From Enterobacteriaceae endosymbiont of Donacia provostii (GTDB lineage: Bacteria > Pseudomonadota > Gammaproteobacteria > Enterobacterales > Enterobacteriaceae), in NCBI RefSeq assembly GCF_012570145.1, contig NZ_CP046206.1:152324-184323 (forward strand): 32,000 nucleotides of DNA. The letters run 5' to 3'. Below the pieces are notes generated by a model. That model saw only the letters and a list, made by a program, of their open reading frames with translations. It was not told where the DNA came from and made no database searches. The translations under genes and the position numbers were made by a program. The first letter of the stretch is position 1, and each line of letters opens with the position of its first letter. Positions 8,161-19,359 of this stretch are shown in pieces.

Positions 8161-8547
8161 TTATTTTTTTTCAATAATTACTATTGTACATGCATATTTT
8201 TTTTCATCAGAAAATGAAATATGAATTTTATATTTAAAATTCATATTTTTCAAAAAATTTAATGCGTGTTTATATAAAATTATTTTTGGTTTATTATTTT
8301 TAAAATTTAATATTTCTATTTGATTAAAACAAATACCATTTGTAAATCCAGTACCTAAAGCTTTTACTGTTGCTTCCTTAGCTGTAAAATATTTTGATAA
8401 TATTTTAATTTTATTTTTACTTTTTTTATATATAAATAATTCATTTTTTGTTAATATTTTATAAGCAAAATAATTACCAAAATACATAAAAACTTTTTGT
8501 ATTCTTTTAATTTCAATTATATCAATTCCAATACCAAAGATATTCAT
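8161..8547 (-). CDS. acpS: holo-[acyl-carrier-protein] synthase
   Basis: 128 aa with N-terminal GIGIDIIEIKRI and internal FTAKEATVKALGTG, typical of AcpS. Confidence 0.9.
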   Translation of the reverse strand: MNIFGIGIDIIEIKRIQKVFMYFGNYFAYKILTKNELFIYKKSKNKIKILSKYFTAKEATVKALGTGFTNGICFNQIEILNFKNNKPKIILYKHALNFLKNMNFKYKIHISFSDEKKYACTIVIIEKK

Positions 8548-8577
8548 AATTTTAATTGTGATAATTTTATTAATTAA

Positions 8578-9396
8578 TTATTTTATTTTTATCCATATAT
8601 TTAATATTATTTTTTTATGAAAAAATTTTTCTATATTTTGTTCAGATCTTTTTTTAATTAATTTAATATTTTTAGAATTTTTACCTATTATTATTTTTTT
8701 ATAATTTATTTTATTTACTAATAAAAAAATATATAATTTATTTAATAAATTTTTTGGGAAAACTACTTTAATTTTGATATTATATGGTATTTCTTTATGA
8801 AGAAATTTCATAATATTTTCTCTTATTATTTCTTTAATAATAGTTTTATCTGTTTGATTTGTAATATAACTTGAAGAATAAAAATGTTTTTGTTTAGGTA
8901 AATGTTTACATATAAAAGAACAAATATCATTTGTATATAATTTATATTTAGCTGAAATGATAAATAAGTGAAAAATTTTTATTTTCTTTTGAATAAAATT
9001 AATATATGATAATAATATATTTTTATTTTTTATTTGATCAACTTTATTAATAATTAATATTATTGGTATATTAATTTTTGAAAAAATTTTTGTAAAATTT
9101 TCTTCTATATAATTCCATCTATTTTTGTCTAAAATAAATAATATATAATTATATTCATAATTTTTAAATAAATTAAAAATTTTATTTTTATAAAAAATAT
9201 TTCCTGGAGTATCTATAAATGATATTTGATAAATATCATTATTATATACTCCTATAATATTATTATTTGTTGTATTTTTTTTATGAGAAATAATAGATAT
9301 CTTTTTATTTATTAAAAGATTTAATAAAGTCGATTTACCTACATTAGTTCTTCCTAATATTAAAATATTTCCATAATATGATGATGTAATTTTCAC
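8578..9396 (-). CDS. era: GTPase Era
   Basis: G1 GRTNVGKSTLLN, G3 DTPG, G4 NKVD and a C-terminal KH-like region. Apparent GTG start at 9396 with AAGG upstream. Lies downstream of rnc, as in E. coli. Confidence 0.9.
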   Translation of the reverse strand: MKITSSYYGNILILGRTNVGKSTLLNLLINKKISIISHKKNTTNNNIIGVYNNDIYQISFIDTPGNIFYKNKIFNLFKNYEYNYILFILDKNRWNYIEENFTKIFSKINIPIILIINKVDQIKNKNILLSYINFIQKKIKIFHLFIISAKYKLYTNDICSFICKHLPKQKHFYSSSYITNQTDKTIIKEIIRENIMKFLHKEIPYNIKIKVVFPKNLLNKLYIFLLVNKINYKKIIIGKNSKNIKLIKKRSEQNIEKFFHKKIILNIWIKIK

Positions 9397-9427
9397 ATAA
9401 ATAACCTTTTTTAAAAAATTAATAAAA

Positions 9428-10102
9428 TTATTTTTTTTCTAATCCAAGTTTTTTTAATGCTTTTTCAGCAGCTGATTGTTCTGCTTTTCTTCTACTTGAT
9501 CCAATACCTGTAATAATCGTAGATATTCCACTAATTTTACATTGTATTGTAAATTTTTGATTATGTACTTCTCCATTTATTTGTACAATAAAATAATATG
9601 GTAATGGAAGATGTGATCTTTGTAAATATTCTTGTAATCTTGTTTTAGGATCTTTTTGATTATTACCAGGTAAAATTGTTTCTAATCTAAATTTGTACCA
9701 AAATAAAATAATTTTTTCTACAACTTTAATATTACTATCTAAACATATACTACCTATTAATGCTTCCATTGTATCAGCTAAAATAGAATCTCTATTATAT
9801 CCTCCATTTTTATATTCTCCCGGTCCTAAAAATAAATATTCTCCTAATTTAAATTCTCTTGCAATACTCGCTAAAGTATTTCCTTTTACTAAAGAAGCAC
9901 GCATTCGACTCATATTACCTTCATTTACATCAGGAAATTTATTATATAATGCTTTAGCTATTATATAGCTTAATATAGAATCACCTAAAAATTCTAATCT
10001 TTCATTATGCTTACTACTTGCACTTCTATGTGTTAAAGCTTGATATAATAAATCTTGATGATTAAAAATATAACCTAATTTTTTTTGTAATTTATTAATC
10101 AT
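9428..10102 (-). CDS. rnc: ribonuclease III
   Basis: RNase III signature [11 protein letters not shown] and a C-terminal dsRBD ([16 protein letters not shown]). Confidence 0.96.
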   Translation of the reverse strand: MINKLQKKLGYIFNHQDLLYQALTHRSASSKHNERLEFLGDSILSYIIAKALYNKFPDVNEGNMSRMRASLVKGNTLASIAREFKLGEYLFLGPGEYKNGGYNRDSILADTMEALIGSICLDSNIKVVEKIILFWYKFRLETILPGNNQKDPKTRLQEYLQRSHLPLPYYFIVQINGEVHNQKFTIQCKISGISTIITGIGSSRRKAEQSAAEKALKKLGLEKK

Positions 10103-10159
10103 GATAAAATTTATTTAATTGTATTTTTATTGCAAATTAGATAAAATTTTTTTTAAAAA

Positions 10160-10960
10160 TTAATTTATTTTACATATTCGATTAAATTTTATTTTATAAA
10201 AAAATAAATATTTTGTTTTTTTAATATTTAACCAAATAACAATAGCTTTTCCTAATAAATATTTTTCATGAACAAAACCCCAATATCTACTATCAAAACT
10301 ATTATCACGATTATCACCCATAACAAAATAATATTTTGGGGGTATAATCCAAGTATATAAAGGCATATATTTTTGTTGATATATTTTTTCATTTATTTCA
10401 TTATTTACTTCAGGTATAAATAAAATTATATGTGATAATTTATTTATATACTCTGTATATTGTAAATATCTTATATTTTTTAAATCATAAAATTTTATAT
10501 ATTTTTTTTTAAAAAATAAATATTTTTTTTGATTGATATTTTTAGATATTAAAAAATATTTACTTTTTTTTAATTTTTTATATGTAAAAATGTTTTTTTT
10601 AAAAAAATTTTTTTTATATAGTACAATTTGTTTATTTTTAATATTATAAAAAATTATATCTCCTGGTAATCCAATAATTCTTTTAATATACTTTATTTTA
10701 GTATTCTTTGGATATTTAAAAACAACTATATCACCTCTATGAGGTGATTTATATTTTATAAAAAGTTTATTATTAAAAGGATTTTTAATACCATAAATAA
10801 ATTTATTTACTATGATAAAATCACCTATATTTAATGTAGGAATCATAGATTCAGAAGGTATATAAAAAGATTCAAATATAAATAAACGAATAGTTAAAAT
10901 TAATAATATAGTAGGAATAAAAGAAACTATTTGATTTATCAAAAATTGTATTTTTTTCAT
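10160..10960 (-). CDS. lepB: signal peptidase I
   Basis: Catalytic Ser box SESMIPTL, Lys box KRIIGLPGD, and GDNRDNSFDSRYWGFV. Confidence 0.93.
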   Translation of the reverse strand: MKKIQFLINQIVSFIPTILLILTIRLFIFESFYIPSESMIPTLNIGDFIIVNKFIYGIKNPFNNKLFIKYKSPHRGDIVVFKYPKNTKIKYIKRIIGLPGDIIFYNIKNKQIVLYKKNFFKKNIFTYKKLKKSKYFLISKNINQKKYLFFKKKYIKFYDLKNIRYLQYTEYINKLSHIILFIPEVNNEINEKIYQQKYMPLYTWIIPPKYYFVMGDNRDNSFDSRYWGFVHEKYLLGKAIVIWLNIKKTKYLFFYKIKFNRICKIN

Positions 10961-11053
10961 AAATTATTATTTGATTATAAATATTATATTTTTTATAAAA
11001 AATATATTTTTTTCTATAAAACATTTAATTTATTTTAAATATTTTATTAAAAA

Positions 11054-12844
11054 TTATTTTGTTATTTTTAACATATCTAAAAAAATAGAAGATGGTAATT
11101 TAATATTACCAATATTTTTCATACGTTTTTTACCTTCTTTTTGTTTTTGAATTAATTTTTTTTTTCTACTAACATCTCCTCCATAACATTTTGCAATAAC
11201 ATTTTTTCTTAATTGTTTTATATTTGTACTAGAAATAATTTTTTTACCTATAGCAGCTTGTATTGTAATATTAAATTGTTGTCTAGGAATTAAAATTTTA
11301 AGTTTTTCTATTAAAATACGACTATAAGAATATATTTTACTTTTATAAGTAATTGTTGTTAAAGCATCAATACATTTTTTATTAATTAATATAGTTATAC
11401 AAACTAAGTCAGCTGTCTTAAATTTTAAAAAATTATAATCTAATGAACCATAACCTTTTGTAATAGATTTTAATTTATCAAAAAAATTTATAATAATGCC
11501 AATCATTGGTATTTCATATATTAAAATAACATTATTTTTATGATATATAATATTTTTTTGTATTCCATTTTTACTAATACATAATTTAATTATTTTACCT
11601 ATATATTTTATAGGAGAAAAAATTTTACATTTTAAAATAGGTTCTCTTATTTCTTTAATAAAATTAAAATTTGGAAATTTTGATGGATTATCTATATATA
11701 AAATTTTATTATCTTTAGTTTTTATTTCATATTTTACAGTAGGCATAGTTGTAATAATATTAATATTATATTCATTTAATAATCTCTGTTGTACAATTTC
11801 CATATGTAGTAAACCTAAAAAACCACATCTATATCCATATCCTAAAACTTCTGAATTTTCTGGTTCTAAAAATAAAGAAGAATCATTTAAACTTAATTTT
11901 TTTAGTGCTTTATTAAATAAAGTATATTCATCTGAAACTACTGGAAATAAACCTGCAAAAACTTTAGGTATACTTTTTTTAAATCCAATTAGTATTTTAT
12001 TAGATGGTTTTATATATGATGTAATTGTTGCACCTACTGGTATTTCGGTAATATTTTTTATTCCTAATACAATCCAACCAACATCACCACATTTTAATTT
12101 ATCTAAATTTTTTTTTTTAGGTGTGAAAATACCTATTTTTTCTATATAATATTTTTTTTTTGTATTTAAAATAATAATTCTCATACCTTTTATTATTTGT
12201 CCATTTTTTACACATACTAATGCTATAACTCCTAAATAATTATCAAACCAAGAATCTATAATAAGTGCTTGTAATTTTTTTTTAATACTTCCTGTAGGAT
12301 AGGGTATATATTTAACTATATTTTCTATAATTTTTTTTACACCTAATCCTGTTTTTGCTGAACATTGAAGAAAATTTTTAGAATTAATACCAGTAATTTC
12401 TTGTATATCATGTTTAATTTTTTCTATATTAATATTAAATAAATCTATTTTATTAATAACGGGTAATACTTTCAATCCCATCGTTATTGCTGTATTACAA
12501 TTTGATACTGTTTGAGCTTCTATACCTTGAGAAGCATCTATTAATAATAAAGCACCTTCGCATGCTGATAAAGATCTAGAAACTTCATAAGAAAAATCTA
12601 CATGTCCAGGAGTATCAATAAAATTTAATTTATAAATATTATTATTTATTGATTTATATTTTAAAGAAACACTCTGGGCTTTTATAGTAATTCCTCTTTC
12701 TCTTTCTAAAATCATACTATCTAAAACTTGTGATGTCATTTCTCTACTAGAGAGTCCTCCACAAATTTCTATTAATCTATCTGCAAATGTTGATTTACCA
12801 TGATCAATATGAGCAATAATTGAAAAATTTCGTATATTTTTCAT
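11054..12844 (-). CDS. lepA: translation elongation factor 4
   Basis: Motifs [19 protein letters not shown] and NKID, plus the C-terminal LepA region (GYGSLDY...[11 protein letters not shown]). Confidence 0.97.
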   Translation of the reverse strand: MKNIRNFSIIAHIDHGKSTFADRLIEICGGLSSREMTSQVLDSMILERERGITIKAQSVSLKYKSINNNIYKLNFIDTPGHVDFSYEVSRSLSACEGALLLIDASQGIEAQTVSNCNTAITMGLKVLPVINKIDLFNINIEKIKHDIQEITGINSKNFLQCSAKTGLGVKKIIENIVKYIPYPTGSIKKKLQALIIDSWFDNYLGVIALVCVKNGQIIKGMRIIILNTKKKYYIEKIGIFTPKKKNLDKLKCGDVGWIVLGIKNITEIPVGATITSYIKPSNKILIGFKKSIPKVFAGLFPVVSDEYTLFNKALKKLSLNDSSLFLEPENSEVLGYGYRCGFLGLLHMEIVQQRLLNEYNINIITTMPTVKYEIKTKDNKILYIDNPSKFPNFNFIKEIREPILKCKIFSPIKYIGKIIKLCISKNGIQKNIIYHKNNVILIYEIPMIGIIINFFDKLKSITKGYGSLDYNFLKFKTADLVCITILINKKCIDALTTITYKSKIYSYSRILIEKLKILIPRQQFNITIQAAIGKKIISSTNIKQLRKNVIAKCYGGDVSRKKKLIQKQKEGKKRMKNIGNIKLPSSIFLDMLKITK

Positions 12845-12888
12845 AATATAATTATTTTATAACCTATTTTATAAAAATAAATTTTTAT

Positions 12889-14934
12889 TTATATTTTAAT
12901 GCCTCTTTGTTTAAGTAATATATTACAATTTAATTTTCTACCACTAAATTTTTTAAATGAAATTATAGGATCTATAGAACTACCTAAAGATAAAAAGTTT
13001 TCTAAAAAATTTTTACCTATTTTTTTATTAAATAATCCATTTTTTTTAAAATGATAAAAAAAAGCTGCTGCTAATTGTTCTGACCATAAATAACTATAAT
13101 AACCCGCAGCATATTCTCCTCCAAATATATGATTAAAAATATTTATATATTTATTCCAAATAGGAATAGGAGAAATTGTAACAATATGCTTTCTTATCTC
13201 TTTAATTAAATTTAATATTTGATTATTATTATTTAAAGAAAATTCATTATGAATTCTTATATCAAATAAACTTAATTCTATTTGTCTCATAAGTGATAAT
13301 GCAGAATTATATTTTTTAGATTTAATTAATTGATCCATTATATCTCTTGGCATTTCTATTAATTTTTTATAATGTTGAGATATTAATTTTAAAGATTTTT
13401 TTTCCCAACACCAATATTCCATAAATTGACTAGGACATTCTACAATGTCTAATGGCAAACCATTTATACCAGATAAGTTCGGTATATTAATACAAGAAGT
13501 AATGTGATGTAAAGCATGACCAAATTCATGAAATAGTGTTAATACATCATTATGATTTAAAAGAAAATTACTTTTATCTAAAGATAGGGGGGTAAAATTA
13601 CAGTTAACAAATGCTATAGGATATTGTAATTTTCCATTAGATTTTAAAATTCTAGATTGACATATATCCATCCATGCACCACTACGTTTTTCTTTACGAA
13701 AATATAAATCAAAATATATACTTCCATATAATTTTTTATTATTAAAAACATTAAAAAACATTACACTTTTATGCCAAACTGGAACTTTTTCTAATTTAAA
13801 TGATAAACCATATATAATATTAATAATTTTAAACATACCTTTTAATACAACATTAATAGGAAAATATTTACGAATAGTATTATCATTTATTCCGTATAAA
13901 TAAAATTTATATTTTTCTGAAAAATATGATACATCCCATGGATTAATATCTATAATATTATATTTTTTTTTAATAAAATTTTTTAAATTTGAAGCTTCTT
14001 CTAATGCTTGTTCTTTAGATAATTTAAGTAATGTATATAAAAAAGATAAAACTTTATCTACTTTTTTAGCTGATTTATTTATTAAAGATTGTTCAGAATA
14101 AGATTTATATCCTAATAAATTAGATAATTTTAAACGTAAATATAATTCTTTTTGTACAATTAATTCATTATTAAATGATGATTCATCATCTAATGATGAT
14201 GCTCTTATATTATATTTATAATATATTTCTTTTCTTAAATTTTGATTTTTACAAAACATTATTATTGATAAATAAATAGGATAATCTAAACTTATTAGAT
14301 ATCCTTTTTTATTTTCTAATAACGCATTATTTTTCATATATTTTATTATATAATTTGGAATACCATCCAATTTTTTTTTATCTAAAATATATTTTTTAAA
14401 TCTTTTGGTACTATCAAAAACATTATTATTGAAATTATTTTGTAATTCTAATAATTTTTCTATATTTTGTAAATATAAAATTTTTTGTTCTTTTTTTAAT
14501 AAAATTCCTGATAATTTAAAATCACGTATAATATTTTTTACAGATTTAATTTGTAGTAAATTTAATTTTAAATTATTTTGGTTTTTTTGGACATAAATAT
14601 ATGCTTTATATAAAATTAAATTTTGTTTAAACCATAAATTATAATTATTTATCATTTTTATAATTATTTCATAATTTTTTCTAGTATTTTTATGATTATT
14701 TACGTAATTTAAATGACTAATAGGAGCAAAAATACGATATAAATTTTCTTCTAATTCTAGAATTTTTTGACAAAAATTTTCCCAATTATAATTATTGTTA
14801 TTATATTTTAGTATGTTATTTATTGTTTTTTTAATATTATTAATTGTAAATTTAATTGCAGGAATCATACAATCATAAGTAATTTTATTAAATGGAGGTA
14901 ATAAATAATTAGATAAAAGAGGATTCTTATTCAT
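12889..14934 (-). CDS. prlC: oligopeptidase A (M3 zinc metallopeptidase)
   Basis: 681 aa with the HEFGH zinc motif (TLFHEFGHALHH) and overall M3A architecture. Confidence 0.92.
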   Translation of the reverse strand: MNKNPLLSNYLLPPFNKITYDCMIPAIKFTINNIKKTINNILKYNNNNYNWENFCQKILELEENLYRIFAPISHLNYVNNHKNTRKNYEIIIKMINNYNLWFKQNLILYKAYIYVQKNQNNLKLNLLQIKSVKNIIRDFKLSGILLKKEQKILYLQNIEKLLELQNNFNNNVFDSTKRFKKYILDKKKLDGIPNYIIKYMKNNALLENKKGYLISLDYPIYLSIIMFCKNQNLRKEIYYKYNIRASSLDDESSFNNELIVQKELYLRLKLSNLLGYKSYSEQSLINKSAKKVDKVLSFLYTLLKLSKEQALEEASNLKNFIKKKYNIIDINPWDVSYFSEKYKFYLYGINDNTIRKYFPINVVLKGMFKIINIIYGLSFKLEKVPVWHKSVMFFNVFNNKKLYGSIYFDLYFRKEKRSGAWMDICQSRILKSNGKLQYPIAFVNCNFTPLSLDKSNFLLNHNDVLTLFHEFGHALHHITSCINIPNLSGINGLPLDIVECPSQFMEYWCWEKKSLKLISQHYKKLIEMPRDIMDQLIKSKKYNSALSLMRQIELSLFDIRIHNEFSLNNNNQILNLIKEIRKHIVTISPIPIWNKYINIFNHIFGGEYAAGYYSYLWSEQLAAAFFYHFKKNGLFNKKIGKNFLENFLSLGSSIDPIISFKKFSGRKLNCNILLKQRGIKI

Positions 14935-15056
14935 AAAAAATTTCCAATTTATATAAAAATATATAATATAAGATATATATAAAATATATGATAACTTTTT
15001 TTAAAAAAAATTCTATTTGTTATAAAATATATAATGCTCATATATTAATTTTAGAA

Positions 15057-15800
15057 TTAAAAATTACTATTTTGTCTATTTATTTCAAACAGAAAAATAC
15101 CAGTAGCAACAGAAACATTTAAAGAATTTAAATTATTAAACATGGGTATAGAAATTAATATATCACAATTATTTTTTATAATAGATTTAATTCCCTTATT
15201 TTCTGATCCCATAATTAAACATATTGGATATTGTAATTTACAATTATAAATTGTATTATTTATTAATTTATTATCAGTACCAATAATATAAACATTAAGA
15301 GATTTTAAAAATTTAATAATATTAACTAAATTAGTTACAAAAATTATAGGAATAATATCTGATGTACCACAAGAAACTTTCTTTACTGTAGCATTTATTT
15401 TAACAGAATTTTTTTTTGGTAAAATAATCATATTAACATTAAAAGCAACAGCAGTTCTAATACAAGCTCCTAAATTATGAGGATCTGTAATACGATCTAA
15501 TATTAGAATTAGATTTTTTTTAGAAAAATTAATCATATTTTTTATATCTTTTTCTTTGAAATGTTTTAATTTATTGATTATAGCCATACATCCTTGATGT
15601 ACACTATTATTTGTTTTTTGATCCAGCCATTTTTTATTTACGTAATATACATATACATTATATTTTTTTATATATAAAAATAATTCTTTTATTCTATCGG
15701 ATTTTTTTTTATTTTTTAAAATAAAAATTTTTTTTAAAATGACAGGATTTTTTTTAAATATATGAATTATAGGATATATACCAAAAATAATATTTTCCAT
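15057..15800 (-). CDS. rlmB: 23S rRNA (guanosine2251-2'-O)-methyltransferase, SpoU/TrmH family
   Basis: SpoU motifs ITDPHNLGACIRTA, MGSENKG and LNVSVATGIFLFE. Confidence 0.88.
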   Translation of the reverse strand: MENIIFGIYPIIHIFKKNPVILKKIFILKNKKKSDRIKELFLYIKKYNVYVYYVNKKWLDQKTNNSVHQGCMAIINKLKHFKEKDIKNMINFSKKNLILILDRITDPHNLGACIRTAVAFNVNMIILPKKNSVKINATVKKVSCGTSDIIPIIFVTNLVNIIKFLKSLNVYIIGTDNKLINNTIYNCKLQYPICLIMGSENKGIKSIIKNNCDILISIPMFNNLNSLNVSVATGIFLFEINRQNSNF

Positions 15801-15870
15801 TATATTTAAATATACTTATAAAAATTAATTTTACTTATTATAAAGTATATTTTTTAAAAACATAAAAAAA

Positions 15871-16821
15871 TTATTTAATTTTTTTAAATATAAATTTTAT
15901 AATAAAATCATATGCTTTATTAATATAATTACTATCAAATAAATATATATTTTTCCAATAACGTAACCAAGTTAGTTGTTTTTTGGCTAAATGTCTAGTT
16001 AAAATAGTAGTTTTGTTTACCATTTCTTCATAAGTTATTTTATTTAAAATATAAAAAAACATTTGTTTATATCCGATACAACGTATTGCAGGAAAATTAA
16101 GTTTTAAAAATTTATTTTTTATTAAATAATATACTTCTTTTTCAAAACCTAATTCTAGCATTTTTAAAATTCGATTTTTTATTTCATGATATAAAATCTG
16201 ACGATCATAATAGGTTAAACCAAATTGATATATCTGATAGGGAATTTTATTTCTAGGAGTTTCTTGTAATTGACTTAAAGTTTTACCTGTTAAAAAAAAA
16301 ATTTCTAAAGCTCTAATAATTCTTTGTATATCATTACAATGAATTCTATTTGCAGATAGAATATCTATTTTTTTTAACATATCATGATATGATAAAAAGT
16401 ATTTATTTTTTATTTTATTTTTAATAATATTACGTATATCAATATTTGGTGGAGGTAATAAAGGAGATATTGTATGAATTAAAATTTTATAATAAAACAT
16501 ACTCCCTCCAACTAAAAAAGGTATCTTTCCTCTTTCAGTAATATTTTTCATAATATTTAAAACATCGTTATAAAATTCAGCTACAGAATATGTTTGGTAA
16601 GGTTCTTTAATATTAATTAACCAATGTTTTGTATAAAAAAAATCAGTTTTTTTAGGTTTATCTGTTCCGATATTTAATTTTTTATAAATTAATGAAGAAT
16701 CTACACTAATTAATTCTATAGGTAATACTTTAGCTAAACGAGAAGCTAAGTAAGTTTTTTTTGAAGCTGTTGTACCCATTAAAAAAATAGCTAAGGGTAA
16801 TTTATTATGTTTAATATTCAT
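15871..16821 (-). CDS. miaA: tRNA dimethylallyltransferase
   Basis: Collinear with E. coli MiaA (AIFLMG.TAS.KT, ELISVDSSLIYKKLNIGTDKP, LVGGSMFYYK, RIIRALEIFFLTGKT, IRCIGYKQM, LAKKQLTWLR). Lies downstream of mutL, as in E. coli. Confidence 0.93.
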   Translation of the reverse strand: MNIKHNKLPLAIFLMGTTASKKTYLASRLAKVLPIELISVDSSLIYKKLNIGTDKPKKTDFFYTKHWLINIKEPYQTYSVAEFYNDVLNIMKNITERGKIPFLVGGSMFYYKILIHTISPLLPPPNIDIRNIIKNKIKNKYFLSYHDMLKKIDILSANRIHCNDIQRIIRALEIFFLTGKTLSQLQETPRNKIPYQIYQFGLTYYDRQILYHEIKNRILKMLELGFEKEVYYLIKNKFLKLNFPAIRCIGYKQMFFYILNKITYEEMVNKTTILTRHLAKKQLTWLRYWKNIYLFDSNYINKAYDFIIKFIFKKIK

Positions 16822-16829
16822 ATTATTTA

Positions 16830-18509
16830 TTATATTTTTATTAAATAAAATAATTTTTCTATTTTAATATTATTATTATTTAAATTTAATAATTCTATTT
16901 CCATTAATAAATCTATAATTTTATAATTATTCCATATAATATCTATATCATTAATACAATTAACCAATAATTTTATAATTTTTTTTATAGATATAATTTT
17001 TATACATAATATATTTTTTAATATATTTAAAAATATTTGTTTTATGTTAAAATGTGATAAGAAAATAGGTATACATACAATATTTATTGTATTTTTATTA
17101 TTTAATAAATAATTAAAACCTAATTGTAAAAAGAATATTTTTATTTTATATAAATAAAAATATTCTTTTTCTGTCACATTTATTTTAATGTTTAGTTTAA
17201 AACTATTAATTATATTTTTACTTTGTAAAAGTAATTGAAATTTTTCTTTTAAAAAGAAAGAAAATATTTTTTTAATTTTAATATAATATAAATCATGATT
17301 TTTTTTTATAATAATATAATTATTTTTTATGATTGTAAGAAGTTTACCAAAATTTTTAAAACAAAATTTAGGTTTATTATCTAAATAATAAATGTTGTTT
17401 TTTTGAAAATTATTTATTAAAGTATTTTCTATTCTAGAAATATTAAGATGATTTTTTATGTTATTTTGTTCTAAAATCAGAACTTTTGGATTTTTTTTGG
17501 TTATTTGATAATTCTTTTTATATAAAACTTTATTAATACAAGTATTAATAAAATTATATATTAATTCTATATTATAGAAATGAACATCATTTTTTTTAGG
17601 GTGTATATTTACATCAATTTGATTAGATTTTATTTCTAAATATAATAAAAAAGAAAAAATACAATGATTAAATTTATTATAAATTATTTCTTTAATAGTA
17701 CGATATAAAAAATTATTTTTAATAATACGGTTATTTACATAAAAATATTTAAAAATATTATATGATATATTTTTTTTATTCAAAATAATTATTCTTCCAT
17801 ATAATTTTAATTTTTGATTGTTTTCATTAATTTCTAATGAATTTTTTACAAAATAATCACCACAAATAATTTTAATTCGATTAATATAAGAAAAATTATC
17901 CGTTACTTTTTTAAAATTATAAATAATTTTATTATTATATTGAAATTTTATTCCTATACCTATTTTCATTAAAATAATTTTTTGAATAATATTTTTAATA
18001 TAAATTAATTCTATTTTATCATCTAATAAACATAATCTTCTAGAAGGTAAGTTATAAAAAATATCAGATATAATAACAGTAGTACCAGTAGGATGAGAAA
18101 TAGGATTTAAAGTAATTATTTTTTCATTAAAACCTTCTGTATATAATTTCCATGCAAATCTTTGTTTTGATGTTTTAGATATAATAGTCATCCTAGATAT
18201 AGATTTTATACTAGTTAAAGCTTCTCCTCTAAAACCAAAACTATTTAAAAAATTAAAATCATTTAAATTAAAAATTTTACTTGTAGCATATTTTTTTATA
18301 CATAAAACTAAATTTTTTTTATTCATACCTATACCATTATCGTTTATATGAATAAATTTACCTCCCTTTTCTATATATAAATTTATTTGTGATGCTTTTG
18401 CATCAATACTATTTTCAATTAATTCTTTAATAATAGTTGCCGGCCTATCTATTATTTCACCTGCAGCTATTTTTTTAATTACATTTTTTGGTAAAATTTT
18501 AATAAACAT
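16830..18509 (-). CDS. mutL: DNA mismatch repair protein MutL
   Basis: Homology begins at MFIKILPKNVIKKIAAGEIIDRPATIIKELIENSIDA (ATG at 18509), followed by the GFRGEAL motif. The C-terminal half is very divergent. The longer track ORF only reads through the upstream tRNA. Confidence 0.88.
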   Translation of the reverse strand: MFIKILPKNVIKKIAAGEIIDRPATIIKELIENSIDAKASQINLYIEKGGKFIHINDNGIGMNKKNLVLCIKKYATSKIFNLNDFNFLNSFGFRGEALTSIKSISRMTIISKTSKQRFAWKLYTEGFNEKIITLNPISHPTGTTVIISDIFYNLPSRRLCLLDDKIELIYIKNIIQKIILMKIGIGIKFQYNNKIIYNFKKVTDNFSYINRIKIICGDYFVKNSLEINENNQKLKLYGRIIILNKKNISYNIFKYFYVNNRIIKNNFLYRTIKEIIYNKFNHCIFSFLLYLEIKSNQIDVNIHPKKNDVHFYNIELIYNFINTCINKVLYKKNYQITKKNPKVLILEQNNIKNHLNISRIENTLINNFQKNNIYYLDNKPKFCFKNFGKLLTIIKNNYIIIKKNHDLYYIKIKKIFSFFLKEKFQLLLQSKNIINSFKLNIKINVTEKEYFYLYKIKIFFLQLGFNYLLNNKNTINIVCIPIFLSHFNIKQIFLNILKNILCIKIISIKKIIKLLVNCINDIDIIWNNYKIIDLLMEIELLNLNNNNIKIEKLFYLIKI

Positions 18510-18570
18510 TTTTATTCTTAAAAAGAATATTTTATAAATATTAATATAATATATAATAATTATATTATTG

Positions 18571-18643
18571 AGCGGGAAACGAGATTCGAACTCGCGACCC
18601 CAACCATGGCAAGGTTGTACTCTACCAACTGAGCTATTCCCGC
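18571..18643 (-). tRNA. tRNA-Gly (anticodon GCC)
   Basis: The reverse complement gcgggaatagctcagttggtagagtacaaccttGCCatggttggggtcgcgagttcgaatctcgtttcccgct is close to E. coli glyV-type tRNA. No CCA is encoded (followed by caa). Confidence 0.95.
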
Positions 18644-18678
18644 TAAAATTAAACAATATATATAACAAAATATAATTT

Positions 18679-18708
18679 ATCATATTAAATTTATATTTTA
18701 TTTGTCAA
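18679..18708 (-). promoter_or_regulatory. possible sigma70 promoter for tRNA-Gly (and perhaps mutL-miaA)
   Basis: On the minus strand: TTGACA (18703-18708), an 18-nt spacer, then TATGAT (18679-18684), 35 nt upstream of the tRNA. Confidence 0.35.
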
Positions 18709-18724
18709 TATATTTTTAATATTA

Positions 18725-19267
18725 TTATTTATTAAATAAATATTTTTTATAAAATTTTAATTCATTTATAGATTCATTAATATCATGTAATGCATTATGT
18801 GTATTTTTTTTTTGAATTTTTTTATAAAGATTAGGATACCATATTTTAGCAAGTTCTTTTATTGAACTAACATCAATATTTCTATAATGAAAATATTTTT
18901 CTAAATTAGGCATATAATTAAATAAAAAAATTCTATCTTTATAAACACTATTACCACATAGTGGTGATTTATTAGGTTTAACTAATAATTTTAAAAAATT
19001 TAAAATATACATTTGTGCTTTTTTTATATTAAATTTACTATTTTTTATTCTTTTAATTAATCCAGTTTTTTCATGAATATTTTTATTCCAAATATTCATT
19101 AATTTTAAAATATTATCAGGTTGATATATGGGAATACTAAAACCATTATTAACAATTTCTAAATTAGAATTAGTAATAACAATAGCAATTTCAATTATAT
19201 GATCTTTATAAGGATTAAGACCTGTCATTTCTAAATCTAACCATATTAAATTACTATTTATCTTCAT
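18725..19267 (-). CDS. orn: oligoribonuclease
   Basis: DEDDh exonuclease motifs WLDLEMTGL and HNALHDINESI. 180 aa, adjacent to tRNA-Gly as in E. coli. Confidence 0.94.
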   Translation of the reverse strand: MKINSNLIWLDLEMTGLNPYKDHIIEIAIVITNSNLEIVNNGFSIPIYQPDNILKLMNIWNKNIHEKTGLIKRIKNSKFNIKKAQMYILNFLKLLVKPNKSPLCGNSVYKDRIFLFNYMPNLEKYFHYRNIDVSSIKELAKIWYPNLYKKIQKKNTHNALHDINESINELKFYKKYLFNK

Positions 19268-19359
19268 TAATAAAATCCTTAATTAATTACTTTTAATTAA
19301 AAGTAAAATTTTATATATTTAAAATATAAAATTTTTATATTAAAAGATTTCTTTATAAA

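Noticed and set aside
9693-9968. A 91-aa ORF antisense to rnc.
   Set aside because: This is a shadow ORF opposite a conserved CDS.
14405-14596. A 63-aa ORF antisense to prlC.
   Set aside because: This is a shadow ORF opposite a conserved CDS.
18510-18683. A 58-codon N-terminal extension of the mutL track ORF (MINYILLYILFNFSGNSSVGRVQPCHGWGREFESRFP...).
   Set aside because: This stretch is simply a translation through the same-strand tRNA-Gly gene and its AT-rich flanks. MutL homology starts at the ATG at 18509.
19287-19306. A perfect 20-nt palindrome ttacttttaattaaaagtaa in the divergent orn/psd spacer.
   Set aside because: It is short and AT-rich, within chance expectation, and I cannot link it to any known binding site.
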